Assembly (NCBI GenBank): GCA_964405015.1
Contig: CAYOME010000002.1
Coordinates: 68,174-132,173 of the forward strand
Length of the DNA: 64,000 nucleotides
Direction of reading: 5' to 3'
Source: an uncultured Candidatus Saccharibacteria bacterium
GTDB taxonomy: Bacteria; Patescibacteriota; Dojkabacteria; SC72
Shown: in pieces, positions 18,426 to 28,417 of the stretch
Position numbering within the stretch: the first letter of the stretch is position 1
Layout of the letters: each line of letters starts with the position of its first letter
The notes under the pieces: model-generated
What the model saw: only the letters and a program-made list of their open reading frames with translations
Database searches by the model: none
Told to the model about the DNA's origin: nothing
Program-made: the position numbers and the translations under genes

Positions 18426-19576
18426 TGCTTCAAAACAAATTCAAAAGGATTGCTGTTATTGCGGATCAAATGACTTCTTTTGGTGGTGCTGATAGGGAGA
18501 TGTTCTCTATGTTAAAGCTTTTTCCTAATGCTGATATATTTACGATCGCCTTTGACAAGAGTGCATATGAGGGTATCTCTCAAAATGTATATACGAGTTT
18601 TGTACAGAGAATTCCAAAACCAAAGAGTTTTTACAGACATCTTAAAATACTCTCTCCTTTAGCATATGAAAATTTCAATTTGGAAGGGTATGATCTTGTA
18701 ATTAGTATTTCTGCTGGTCCTGCAAGAGGGGTTATAACTGGGATATATCAACCCCACATAGCTATGGTTATGACACCTCCTCGTAGTCTTTGGGATCATG
18801 AATTGAATGTTAGATCTTCTAGATTAAGAAATATATACAAACCAATTTCTACTGTCTTAAATACATACATGCGTATTTGGGATTACTCAATATCCAAAAG
18901 AGTAGATTACTGGACGGCTAATTCTAAATATATAGCTTCAAAGATCAAGAAAAGATATGGGGTTAATCCTACCGTTATATATCCTGGTATTTCTAAAGAG
19001 TGTTTTGAGGATATATCTGAAAAAAGGGAAGAGGATATTAGGAGAAAATATGATTTACAAGGAGATTTTGTCTTGGTTGTTTCTCGTTTGTATGATTACA
19101 AAAGGATAGATTGGGCCATTAGATCTTGTATATCTGTTGGCAAACAACTGGTAATTGTTGGTGATGGTCCTGACATGAAATATTTAAAAAAGGTTGCAAA
19201 TGGGAATCCTTTAGTAAAGTTTTTAGGCTTTGTTAAAGATGATTCTGAGGTTCGGGTGTTTTACAAAATTTCCGATGTATTACTTTTTTGCGGTATAGAG
19301 GATTTTGGCCTAGTACCTGTAGAAGCTATGGCACAGGGTACTCCTGTGTTTGCATATGCTAGAGGTGGTGTACTTGAAACAGTTAAAAGAGTAGTATGTG
19401 GAGAGTTTTTTAATGATGAGGAGGAGTTGGTAAAATTACTTAAGAATTTTCAAAAGAGAGGGTATAATCCTAGAGAGATTGTTAAAAGGGCCAATGAATT
19501 TAGTGAAGAGAAATTTTTAGATAATCTAGAGAGATATATTTCAAAAGTATATGACACAGAAAGAAAAAAGTATTAA
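18425..19576 (+). CDS. Glycosyltransferase family 4
   Basis: GGADRE, VSRLYDYKRID and EDFGLVPVEAMAQGTPV motifs. Confidence 0.9.
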   Translation: MLQNKFKRIAVIADQMTSFGGADREMFSMLKLFPNADIFTIAFDKSAYEGISQNVYTSFVQRIPKPKSFYRHLKILSPLAYENFNLEGYDLVISISAGPARGVITGIYQPHIAMVMTPPRSLWDHELNVRSSRLRNIYKPISTVLNTYMRIWDYSISKRVDYWTANSKYIASKIKKRYGVNPTVIYPGISKECFEDISEKREEDIRRKYDLQGDFVLVVSRLYDYKRIDWAIRSCISVGKQLVIVGDGPDMKYLKKVANGNPLVKFLGFVKDDSEVRVFYKISDVLLFCGIEDFGLVPVEAMAQGTPVFAYARGGVLETVKRVVCGEFFNDEEELVKLLKNFQKRGYNPREIVKRANEFSEEKFLDNLERYISKVYDTERKKY

Positions 19577-20723
19577 ATACAAAATCGCTATTGTAAGTGA
19601 CCCTTTATACAAATATGGAGGTGCTGAGAAGCATTTAGGAGATATGATAAGGGCATTCCCTAACTGTACTTTGTATACGGCTTTTTGTGATAGGGAATTT
19701 GTTAAGAGATATTTCCCAAATGTTGAAATCAAGACTTCCTTTATGCAATATATTCCTGGTAAGTTTAAGTTCAGATATTTTTTACAACTTTTTCAGCCAT
19801 TGGCATACAGATCATTTAGGTTTAAAGGATATGATGCGATACTTTCCCTCTCTATCGCTTTTGCTAAATATGCAAATGGAGATATACCACATATTAATAT
19901 CTGTATGTCACCTACAAAATTCTTCTGGGAGAAAGAGGGTCGATCATTAAAGAGTAGCAATCAGCTAAAAGGTTTCAACAAAGTCCTTTTTAATATATAT
20001 TCCTTTTTCATGGATACCTTCTTGGAGGATATTTGGAAAGATTGGGATAGGAAAGCTGCACAAAAAGTAGACCGAATGATTGCAATATCTAATGTTGTTA
20101 AAAAAAGAATTAAAAAGTATTACCAAAGAGAAAGTGATGTAATATATCCTCCTGTTGAAGTGAAGGCTATTGGAGAAGTGACAAAGGTTAACAGAAAAGA
20201 GAATTGGTTTTTGTATTTAGGTCGAGTTGAAACCTACAAAGGTGTTGAGTTAGCTATTAGAGCAGCCCATGATGCAAAAGTTCCACTAAAGGTTGCTGGT
20301 GCAGGAGATGATTTAGAAAGAATGAAATCGTTGGTTAAAGAATTAAATGCAAAAGGTTTTGTTAAATTCTTGGGTTTCGTATCCGAAGAAGAAAAATTGG
20401 ATTTACTTGCGAAGGCCAAAGCTTTGATATTTCCAGTTCAAGGAGAAGACTTCGGAATTGTACCTGTAGAAGCTAATGCAGCTGGTACTCCAGTTGTTGC
20501 ATACCAGGATGGAGGAGTTACCGAAACAATATCCGATATTAATCCGAAAAGTGGTGAGTTCTTTGCTAAATATGATTACAAATCTCTTTCAAAGATATTA
20601 AAGAATTTTGACGGTAGGCAATACAAGAGTGAAAACTGTAGAAAACAAGCTAGTAACTTTGCTGTAGAAATATTTATTTACAAACTTCAAAGGTATGTCG
20701 ATGATGTTATACAGAATAGCTAA
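19551..20723 (+). CDS. Glycosyltransferase family 4
   Basis: GGAEKH, GRVETYKG and EDFGIVPVEANAAGTPV motifs. Confidence 0.9.
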   Translation: MTQKEKSIKYKIAIVSDPLYKYGGAEKHLGDMIRAFPNCTLYTAFCDREFVKRYFPNVEIKTSFMQYIPGKFKFRYFLQLFQPLAYRSFRFKGYDAILSLSIAFAKYANGDIPHINICMSPTKFFWEKEGRSLKSSNQLKGFNKVLFNIYSFFMDTFLEDIWKDWDRKAAQKVDRMIAISNVVKKRIKKYYQRESDVIYPPVEVKAIGEVTKVNRKENWFLYLGRVETYKGVELAIRAAHDAKVPLKVAGAGDDLERMKSLVKELNAKGFVKFLGFVSEEEKLDLLAKAKALIFPVQGEDFGIVPVEANAAGTPVVAYQDGGVTETISDINPKSGEFFAKYDYKSLSKILKNFDGRQYKSENCRKQASNFAVEIFIYKLQRYVDDVIQNS

Positions 20724-21342
20724 AAGGATAATCGACTTGATTGTTTCAACTATTCTTTGGATATTAACTTCTCCCTTAATGCTTGTAATTTCTTTTTTAA
20801 TTAAAATATCAGATGGAGGGGAAATATTTGTAGGAACTCCAGTCAGATATGGCTTCGGAAAGAAATCTTTCTTTATGTACAAGTTTCGTACAATGATACC
20901 TAATGCTCATGAAAGAGCCATGAGTGAAGAAAACATTAGGGAAGAATTGTTAAGCAATCATAAGCTAGAAAAGGATAGTAGAGTAACAAGAATAGGGGGA
21001 TGGCTTCGCAATACCGATATGGATGAGCTACCTCAATTGATAAATGTAATACTTGGTCAAATGAGCATGGTTGGTCCAAGACCCTTTTACGACGAAGAGA
21101 TAAAGTATCATTTAGAGAAATATCCGAATGATATACAATATTTTAATGATATATTTAAGGCGAAACCTGGATTAACAGGAATCTGGCAAGTCTCTGGAAG
21201 AAATGAAATACCCTTTAGAAAACGATTACAAATGGAAAGCTACTACGCAACTCACCCAAATATCCTAAAAGACATCTATATACTTCTTAAAACCCCCTTT
21301 GTAATTCTCACTCGCAAAGGTGTAAAGGGAAGAAATATATAG
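20701..21342 (+). CDS. Priming sugar transferase (WbaP/WcaJ catalytic domain)
   Basis: KRIIDL, YKFRTM, DELPQLINV, SMVGPRP and KPGLTGIWQVSGR motifs. Exact start uncertain (20695-20704). Confidence 0.92.
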   Translation: MMLYRIAKRIIDLIVSTILWILTSPLMLVISFLIKISDGGEIFVGTPVRYGFGKKSFFMYKFRTMIPNAHERAMSEENIREELLSNHKLEKDSRVTRIGGWLRNTDMDELPQLINVILGQMSMVGPRPFYDEEIKYHLEKYPNDIQYFNDIFKAKPGLTGIWQVSGRNEIPFRKRLQMESYYATHPNILKDIYILLKTPFVILTRKGVKGRNI

Positions 21343-21399
21343 ACCCAGGTCTGTTAATTTAGCTCATACCTAAGATAAAAGGTTAGACTAGGGTCTACC
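21340..21399 (-). repeat. Bipartite REP/REPIN-like element copy 1
   Basis: Minus strand reads GGTAGACCCTAGTCTA-N32-GACCTGGGTCTA. Confidence 0.8.
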
Positions 21400-21405
21400 A
21401 ATGAT

Positions 21406-22020
21406 ATGCGAGATGTTGTTGTAATAATAAAATCTGTGAACTATTCCGAAGCCGATAAAGTTTTGACTGTATTTGGTCGAAATAGCGGGAAATTTACTCT
21501 TTTTGCAAGAGGTATTAGAAAGATAAATAGTAAAAACAGGGGGAATATGCAAACTCTTTGTATCAGTGATATATCTTTTCATGAAGGTAAGGGACTACCT
21601 TTGTTAATAGAATCTTCTTTTTTGTTTACACCTAACACTGATGTATTAAAGAATAGAACTGAAAATCTAAGAAGAGTATTAATCATGTTGAATAAAATTC
21701 TTGCTGAAAATGATCCTAATGTAAAAGTATTTAATATGCTGAAGAGCGTTTTAGAAAAAGATTTCAATACAGAATCAACAAATCGTTTCAGAGTTATCTT
21801 TCTAAAAGAGATGGGTTTTCTTCAAGATTTTAGTATGTGTAATATCTGTGGTGTTAACGAAGGACTCGAATATATGGATGTTTCCAGCTTTGCTCTTCTT
21901 TGTAAAAACTGTTACAGTAAGGTAGGAAAGTGTTACAGATTAGGTAAAAATCCATATACAGAAGAATTCTTTACGCAGGCTTTAGATATATATGTTAAGA
22001 GAGTAATAGAAGAGATATAG
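21406..22020 (+). CDS. recO: DNA repair protein RecO
   Basis: YSEADKVLTVF...GKFTLFARGIRKINSK N-terminal OB fold and CxxC...CxxC zinc finger. Confidence 0.9.
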   Translation: MRDVVVIIKSVNYSEADKVLTVFGRNSGKFTLFARGIRKINSKNRGNMQTLCISDISFHEGKGLPLLIESSFLFTPNTDVLKNRTENLRRVLIMLNKILAENDPNVKVFNMLKSVLEKDFNTESTNRFRVIFLKEMGFLQDFSMCNICGVNEGLEYMDVSSFALLCKNCYSKVGKCYRLGKNPYTEEFFTQALDIYVKRVIEEI

Positions 22021-22022
22021 CT

Positions 22023-24098
22023 ATGAAATATACTGCTGCCCTAAAATATATATTTCTTTTTTTTCTTACAATCTTTTTTGTTCCAAAAGTTTTTGCACAA
22101 AATTATATTGAAATGAGTTCTGAGGGTGTAACTGTTGAAGCCAATATTAATGTAGATTTCTATTCCATTGTTAATGCAAACCCAATAACTGTAGAGATAG
22201 GGCAACCAAGTAATGTTGAGATTAGAGTTTTGTCACCTAGTGGATTGGGTATTTCTGGAAGACAGGTAGTAATTGTTTCCTCTGGATTAAATATTACTCA
22301 ACCTGTGACATTAACGAATGCGACTGGTAGGACAAATGGCTCTGTATATTCGAATGTACCTGGGACATATACAATCTGTGCTAAGGATACAACATTTGGA
22401 TATGATATTGTCATACAGAATTGTAAAACTTTGTATGTAGTGCCTGTCCCTATACCTTCTATTTTACCTGAACCCCAATATACAAAAGGTTTAAGTAATA
22501 TGGTTATGTGGAGTAGTTTAGGTAATAACTATCGATACAACGTTCAAGTAAGTGAATTCTCTGATTTCAATACAGTACTCAGTGAGTCTGGATATACAAC
22601 AAATACCTCTTTTGAATTTAATGGGCTGGAAGATGGAAAGATGTATTTTTACAGAGTTAGAGCCCAAAATGAATATGGTGGTGTAAGTAGTTGGTCTAAT
22701 ATTGTTTATAGTGTACAGGATAATGTGCCTCCAGTTATTGAAGTATTAGATCTTGGTAATGTAGGTGAGAATGATACTGTTAACTGGAGTGGAACTGATA
22801 TTGTTACTATGATCTTTAGGGTTAGTGATAACTTGCAGTTAGCTAGTGCAAAACCAATTTGTATTACCTCCTATGACATGAGCTATGTATGTACCAATGA
22901 TTACGTGCTAGAAGGAGATATTCTAACAGTTAATGTAAGGTTGGGAGATTTAGAAAGAGTATCTGGGGTATATTTGAGAGATAGCTATGAATTTTGTATA
23001 GAGGCAAGTGATACAGCTACAAATATTACAAAAATGTGTGATATTCGTATAAATATCTCACAAGGAGAGTATCCTGTCGAACCAGCAAAACCACCTGTTA
23101 TAGATAGAATTGAGAAGGGTTTAGAGGATTTAGATGTTATTTTGGATAATACTATCGGTAAATTAGATCCTACGGATCTTGATAGGGTAAGTACTACTAC
23201 ATCCATAGTTACTGCTACGTCAGCAATCGCGATTGCTGCTGGTAGTTTTGGTAGTATTCCATATTTCTTTCTTCAGTTATTCCTAAATCTACTTTCTTGG
23301 TTGGGCTTTAGGAAGGGTGTTAAACCTGTTGGTTTTGTATATGACTCAGTTACTAAAGAACCTATTTCTCAAGCCATTGTAAGAATCTTTGATGAGGAAA
23401 ACCGTATTGTATGGTCTGATGTTACTGATTCTAAGGGATATTTTAGTGCTAGCTTAAAAGATGGAAAATACAGGATTGTTGTTCGTGTTCCTGGGTATTT
23501 GTATCCTTCTAATGTTGTATTTGGTAAGGAGGATTATCCTTTAACCAATGTTTACCATGGTGAGGAGTTTACAATAACTTCAGATGATGAACCAAACTTT
23601 GCTGTTCCTTTGGATCCTCTCGAAATATCAAAATTACGAATATCTTTTGAAACAATTTGGGCTAGATTTAAATTTCTAATTAATATATTGCATGTTTTGT
23701 TGTTTGTATTTGGTCTAGTCTTTGCTTTGTATACTTATTACAATTTCCCTTCTACATTGTCCTTAATTGTATTACTTTTGTATATACCTTCTTTCTTCTT
23801 TATCTTACGATATATTTTTGTTGTTTCTGATGAATATGGAATTGTTAAAAACAAAGATGGAGAAAGGCTTGAGGGGGTAGTTGTTGGTTTGAGGGAATCT
23901 GAATTCGACAAGATTATTGCTAAAAGGGTTACTGATTCTAGGGGTAGGTATAGGTTTCTTGTAGATGAGGGCCGTTACTATATTGAAATATTAGATACTG
24001 GATACAAAGTAGAGGATATTGAGAGTGGGGATGAGGTATTAGTTAAGAAAGAGGAATTGGTTACAAGGGATATTGTATTATCAAGGATTGAAGAGTGA
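22023..24098 (+). CDS. Surface protein: signal peptide, Ig/FN3-like domains, TM, two carboxypeptidase-regulatory-like domains
   Basis: Signal peptide ending VFA-Q, FN3-like YFYRVRAQN, and GFVYDSVTKEPISQAIVRIFD...TDSKGYF. Confidence 0.8.
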   Translation: MKYTAALKYIFLFFLTIFFVPKVFAQNYIEMSSEGVTVEANINVDFYSIVNANPITVEIGQPSNVEIRVLSPSGLGISGRQVVIVSSGLNITQPVTLTNATGRTNGSVYSNVPGTYTICAKDTTFGYDIVIQNCKTLYVVPVPIPSILPEPQYTKGLSNMVMWSSLGNNYRYNVQVSEFSDFNTVLSESGYTTNTSFEFNGLEDGKMYFYRVRAQNEYGGVSSWSNIVYSVQDNVPPVIEVLDLGNVGENDTVNWSGTDIVTMIFRVSDNLQLASAKPICITSYDMSYVCTNDYVLEGDILTVNVRLGDLERVSGVYLRDSYEFCIEASDTATNITKMCDIRINISQGEYPVEPAKPPVIDRIEKGLEDLDVILDNTIGKLDPTDLDRVSTTTSIVTATSAIAIAAGSFGSIPYFFLQLFLNLLSWLGFRKGVKPVGFVYDSVTKEPISQAIVRIFDEENRIVWSDVTDSKGYFSASLKDGKYRIVVRVPGYLYPSNVVFGKEDYPLTNVYHGEEFTITSDDEPNFAVPLDPLEISKLRISFETIWARFKFLINILHVLLFVFGLVFALYTYYNFPSTLSLIVLLLYIPSFFFILRYIFVVSDEYGIVKNKDGERLEGVVVGLRESEFDKIIAKRVTDSRGRYRFLVDEGRYYIEILDTGYKVEDIESGDEVLVKKEELVTRDIVLSRIEE

Positions 24099-24150
24099 TT
24101 TGTATTGAAAAATCTTTAATCTATTGGTATTATTCTGTGTTCATTGAACT

Positions 24151-24223
24151 GGGTGTATAGCTCAATTGGTAGAGCAAACGGCTCTTAACCGTTAGGTTCA
24201 GGGTTCGAGCCCCTGTACACCCA
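24151..24223 (+). tRNA. tRNA-Lys(CTT)
   Basis: Acceptor stem GGGTGTA/TACACCC, D arm GCTC..GAGC, anticodon arm AACGG-CTCTTAA-CCGTT, T arm CAGGG-TTCGAGC-CCCTG. CCA is not encoded. Confidence 0.97.
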
Positions 24224-24228
24224 AAGCT

Positions 24229-24311
24229 AAAGCGTCTCTTGTATATCCCATAGCTATTAATTCCCCTACAAAGTCTTTATTTTAAATAGACAATTTGTTT
24301 CCAAGCTTACT
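24229..24311 (+). repeat. Diverged ~83-bp intergenic direct repeat, copy A
   Basis: First 25 nt are 21/25 identical to 25681-25705. Colinear AATTCC, AATAG and GCTTACT blocks follow. Confidence 0.6.
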
Positions 24312-24373
24312 AGCTTTTATAATTCTTACTGCAAAGTGGTAATATTGTTTATATAATCTCTTGAATTAAAAAC

Positions 24374-24844
24374 ATGATAGAAAACAATCGATTAAAAAGC
24401 CTTTTAAGAGAGTTTAATATAAAAGGTTATGCAGATTCAAACTCAAAATATATTGATAACGGTAAGAATGGGAAAGTTTTAAATCTTGTAATTGGTAACT
24501 ATACATATGAGGATGAATTCTACGGAGGAGAACCATATTCAGGAAATGAAACTATATGGGAAGAAGGTAAGGATATCTTTAGATGTGTGTATTGGGGGAA
24601 GGTAGCTAATGGTATCAATTTCTCTGATATTTATAGTTTCCTCAGAAAAGCATTATCAAAAGGTCCAGATGGAGAATTAGTACATAGGGGACCTAGTGAA
24701 TATGTAGAAGGTAATTTGAAGTATACAAACAGTGTAGAAGGAAATATTGAAGAGTTTAGACAAGTAGAGAAAATCTCTATGAATGAAAAAGAGGTCTATG
24801 TCGCATATTTTGTCGGTGGTAGAGTTAATGTGCAGAAGGAATAG
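24374..24844 (+). CDS. DUF5680-like hypothetical protein
   Basis: YEDEFYGGEPYSGNETIW, FLRKAL, HRGPSEY and VEGNIEEF motifs. Confidence 0.75.
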   Translation: MIENNRLKSLLREFNIKGYADSNSKYIDNGKNGKVLNLVIGNYTYEDEFYGGEPYSGNETIWEEGKDIFRCVYWGKVANGINFSDIYSFLRKALSKGPDGELVHRGPSEYVEGNLKYTNSVEGNIEEFRQVEKISMNEKEVYVAYFVGGRVNVQKE

Positions 24845-24896
24845 CTTCTGAAATCGAAATGAGAATATAATTCAGGGTATTCATATTTTAAACCTT

Positions 24897-25631
24897 TTAC
24901 TCTATCTTCTGATATCCCATTACTTCAAAATTGCCACCATCTCTTTGTATTTCCTCCATGAAGACATCAACCTCTTCCTGAGATAGGACTCCACCAGCCA
25001 TATGTTCTTCTAAAGCAGATCTCTTTTCATCAAGAAAATCAGATATCTCTATTCCAACAGGGTTATTTCTCATATATGAGTCAGAGAGAAGGAATTCGGA
25101 GACATAACAAGGTTTTAGACCATCCTTAATTTGTTCAGGAAAAAACCCGTTATCTCTACAATATGGATATGTAGCATCAAAAACAGTAGTTGCTAAATTT
25201 CTATGATCTCTGTGATTAATCCACCTTATATCCTTTGAAAAATCATTTATTATCTCGAAAGGGTTATGTGTTATTACGATATCAGGCTGAAAATCTCTTA
25301 AGTGGTATACTATTTTCCCTATATTCTCTATTGAAGCTTCAAATTCTCCATCCGGAACATCAAGATTAAAAATTTCATCTTCTTTCAAACCAAGTTTTAA
25401 TCCCGCAGAAATTTGAGAATTAAGCCTAATCTTTCTAAAATCGTTATTTGAGAAATTTCCCTCGTGCATTCCTTTATCACCATTTGTTGCAATTATGGTT
25501 CTTACTTTCTTCCCATCTTTTATTAATCTTGTAATCGTTCCTCCACATATGATTTCAGCATCATCCGGATGTGCTAACACTACTAATACTCTCTCTTTAT
25601 TCCCAAATATTTCTAAGTAAGAATCAATCAT
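24897..25631 (-). CDS. PIG-L family deacetylase
   Basis: AHPDDAE, TNGDKG and HRDH motifs. Confidence 0.9.
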   Translation of the reverse strand: MIDSYLEIFGNKERVLVVLAHPDDAEIICGGTITRLIKDGKKVRTIIATNGDKGMHEGNFSNNDFRKIRLNSQISAGLKLGLKEDEIFNLDVPDGEFEASIENIGKIVYHLRDFQPDIVITHNPFEIINDFSKDIRWINHRDHRNLATTVFDATYPYCRDNGFFPEQIKDGLKPCYVSEFLLSDSYMRNNPVGIEISDFLDEKRSALEEHMAGGVLSQEEVDVFMEEIQRDGGNFEVMGYQKIE

Positions 25632-25680
25632 TATTTCTTAAAAGAAAAATATTAATACCTGATTATATCACTTACAATTT

Positions 25681-25762
25681 AAAGCTTCTCTTACATATCC
25701 TATAGATGCTCAATTCCATCTTAAATGTTGTCATAATAGTAAATATTTCTCCTAGGCTTACT
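25681..25762 (+). repeat. Diverged ~83-bp intergenic direct repeat, copy B
   Basis: AAAGCTTCTCTTACATATCCTATAG...AATTCC...GCTTACT, matching copy A. Confidence 0.6.
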
Positions 25763-25795
25763 CTATTGTTGTCTTGTATATTTGAGATATAATAA

Positions 25796-26695
25796 ATGTA
25801 TAAATTTAGGATAGTAAAAATGGAAAATAGTAATGATCAAAAAGTAAATGGTAAAGAAATGAAAGAGAAGGAAGTAGTTAAATCACCGAAAAAGAATCTT
25901 CTACTATATATAATTCTTGGAATAGTCTCTTTCCTTTTCATTTCGTTTATATGTCTTGTAATAGTTCTTTTTGTTACTCATAAAGTGCAAATTATAAAAG
26001 ATGGAGATAACAATCCGTATACTCCAGAAATAGTTGAAGACAAGGATAAAGATGGAGTTGATGATTTACTACCAAATGATGAAAAGGGTGATGAATCTAA
26101 TGAAGAGAAGGTAGAGAATACTCCTGATGAGGTCAGTATTAAATTGGTAGATGGTAAGGAATTAGTTGTAAACATTGAAAACTCTGAATGCGATAATACA
26201 GGTTTTCAAATTATTGAGCACAATGAAAAAATGACTAGGTATGCAGATAATCAGAATATGTATTGTTCATCATGGTACGAATTAGAATATTTTGTTGATG
26301 AAAATGCAATGACGAACTACTACTCAAAAGGTACCGCAAAATATCCATTGGAAGCAGAAATAATTGAGGGTGTTACATATACGTATATTGCAAAATATGA
26401 AGGTGAGACTGAGGATGATTGGGGATATGGTCTTGCATATCAATGGTTTCCTGTAACGAAGGTTAAAGGATATGAAGCATCAAAGATTGTTAGCTATGAG
26501 AATAGATTGTACAGGGAAGCGAATATTAAGGAAGGTGCTTTGAAAACAAATCTTTGTGTCTTTAATTTGAATAAAGTAGATAACAAATTGTCTGGATATT
26601 TGGTATTTAGTGGAGCTGCCTCATATGGTAGTGAAGTTAATTACTGTAATGATCTTAGCGACATGGAGACTTTTGGTTTAAAGCTTGGTTTGTAA
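25796..26695 (+). CDS. Single-pass membrane-anchored hypothetical protein
   Basis: N-terminal TM, acidic linker, Cys-containing ectodomain. Start may be 25820. Confidence 0.75.
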   Translation: MYKFRIVKMENSNDQKVNGKEMKEKEVVKSPKKNLLLYIILGIVSFLFISFICLVIVLFVTHKVQIIKDGDNNPYTPEIVEDKDKDGVDDLLPNDEKGDESNEEKVENTPDEVSIKLVDGKELVVNIENSECDNTGFQIIEHNEKMTRYADNQNMYCSSWYELEYFVDENAMTNYYSKGTAKYPLEAEIIEGVTYTYIAKYEGETEDDWGYGLAYQWFPVTKVKGYEASKIVSYENRLYREANIKEGALKTNLCVFNLNKVDNKLSGYLVFSGAASYGSEVNYCNDLSDMETFGLKLGL

Positions 26696-26747
26696 GACTT
26701 GTAGTATGTAAAATATGTGTAAAATCTTTTCTTGAAAAGGATATCTT

Positions 26748-28346
26748 CTATACAGGCTTAGACATGTACATTCCAGTTTCATTAAAACCTCTCTTTTTAT
26801 AATATTGTTTAGTTCCGATAGCAGTAATTACGGAAATCTTTTTAAATCCTTCATCTTTGCTTATTTCTTGAGCTTTCTCTATCATTTTCTTACCCAAACC
26901 AAGATGTTGAGATTCTCCAGAGCTTTCATCCCCAATATTTACTAAAGAACCATATACATGTACCTCCCTTATTATTGCATGTCCATTAATCTCATCAATA
27001 TATGAATCTTTAAGAGGTAATGAAAGTCTTAAAAATGAACAGATCTTGTCTGATGTTTTAGTTTTGTATGAAATGAAATATTCATCTGAAACTGTAGTAT
27101 GGTAATTGAGTATCTCTAATTCTAAATCCTCCCATGTCACTCTCTCATCCTTTATTTCTCTACTTCGGATATCTTGAATACTTAGACCTAAACGTTTAAT
27201 TTCCCTCTCTGCTATTTCTCTAAAATTAGTAGACTTATTTCCATCCACTATCTCATTTGAAGGAATATCTCTTACAATCCTGGTTAGTCTTGTATATCTA
27301 GGTGTATTAGGAAGGATATTTACAAACAAATTCATTAATTCATCTTTAGAATACGGCTTGTATTTACCTTCTCTGTAATATTTCTCAAGCAAAGTATTAG
27401 ATATTATCGAAGTAGGGTAGATCTTTAATTCATCTGGAGAATATTCTTTATTCCAAAGCATATTAAAATCCAAAATATCTTTTTCCACTGATGAACCATA
27501 TAGATTGGGCATCCAATGAGCATGAATTTTAAAACCAGCAAGTCTTAACAATTCAAATGCTTTTTTGGTTTCGGTAGTGCTATGACCCCTTCTATTAAGT
27601 TCTAAGATTTTGTCATCTAAACTCTGTATCCCTATTTGAATCTTAGTAGCACCCAACTTTCTTAACCTAATGACTTCTTCAGGTGTAATGTAATCAGGTC
27701 TAGTTTCTAGAACTAATCCTACATTTCTACATACCGTTGTTTCATTGTATTTTTGGACTTCAAGAAGTTGTTCCCAAGAAATATCATTAATCCCTTCCTC
27801 ATTTTTTTCAAAAGAGGAATCACCAAAGCTATTCATAGCATCAAAACATCTCTTTACAAACCAAATGATGTATGATTCGGGGTAGAAGGAACAAGTACCA
27901 CCTAAAATTATCAACTCAACCTTGTCAGTATTATGACCAATATTTTGCAATGCCTTTATACGATTGTATGTTTGGTAGAATGGATCAAAATCATTTTTAA
28001 AAGCCCTCTGAGCCCCTGGTTCACTAGCTATATATGATTTAGGCATACTTGGGTCATTAGGGCAGAATATACAGTTCCCAGGACACCCAAAGGGCTTCAT
28101 GAGTACCGTAACAGTAGCCACTCCAGATTGAGTTCTAACAGGTTTCATCCTGATTCTCTCCTCAATATCCTTGTTTAGAGTAATCTCCCCATCATTAACC
28201 AACACTCTATATGCTTCTACCAGTTCATCATGTCTATATAACCCTTTCCCATCCTTTGGAAAACGCTTAAGAATACCCTGAAGAGAATTCTCCCTCCAAA
28301 ACCTCGTACCCTCAATCTCTTTGAAAATCTTTTTAAAATCATCCAT
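26748..28346 (-). CDS. Elp3 family tRNA U34 carboxymethylation radical SAM/GNAT enzyme
   Basis: CPGNCIFCP, ETRPD, HWMPNL, ELKIYP, IREVHVYG and QHLGLG motifs. Confidence 0.93.
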   Translation of the reverse strand: MDDFKKIFKEIEGTRFWRENSLQGILKRFPKDGKGLYRHDELVEAYRVLVNDGEITLNKDIEERIRMKPVRTQSGVATVTVLMKPFGCPGNCIFCPNDPSMPKSYIASEPGAQRAFKNDFDPFYQTYNRIKALQNIGHNTDKVELIILGGTCSFYPESYIIWFVKRCFDAMNSFGDSSFEKNEEGINDISWEQLLEVQKYNETTVCRNVGLVLETRPDYITPEEVIRLRKLGATKIQIGIQSLDDKILELNRRGHSTTETKKAFELLRLAGFKIHAHWMPNLYGSSVEKDILDFNMLWNKEYSPDELKIYPTSIISNTLLEKYYREGKYKPYSKDELMNLFVNILPNTPRYTRLTRIVRDIPSNEIVDGNKSTNFREIAEREIKRLGLSIQDIRSREIKDERVTWEDLELEILNYHTTVSDEYFISYKTKTSDKICSFLRLSLPLKDSYIDEINGHAIIREVHVYGSLVNIGDESSGESQHLGLGKKMIEKAQEISKDEGFKKISVITAIGTKQYYKKRGFNETGMYMSKPV

Positions 28347-28359
28347 ACCCGAATTATAT

Positions 28360-28417
28360 GGTAAACCCTAGTCTAATAGAAGGGGGTGTGGGAAAGGGTT
28401 AACCTACTGACCTGGGT
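28360..28417 (+). repeat. Bipartite REP/REPIN-like element copy 2
   Basis: GGTAAACCCTAGTCTA-N33-GACCTGGGT. Confidence 0.8.
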
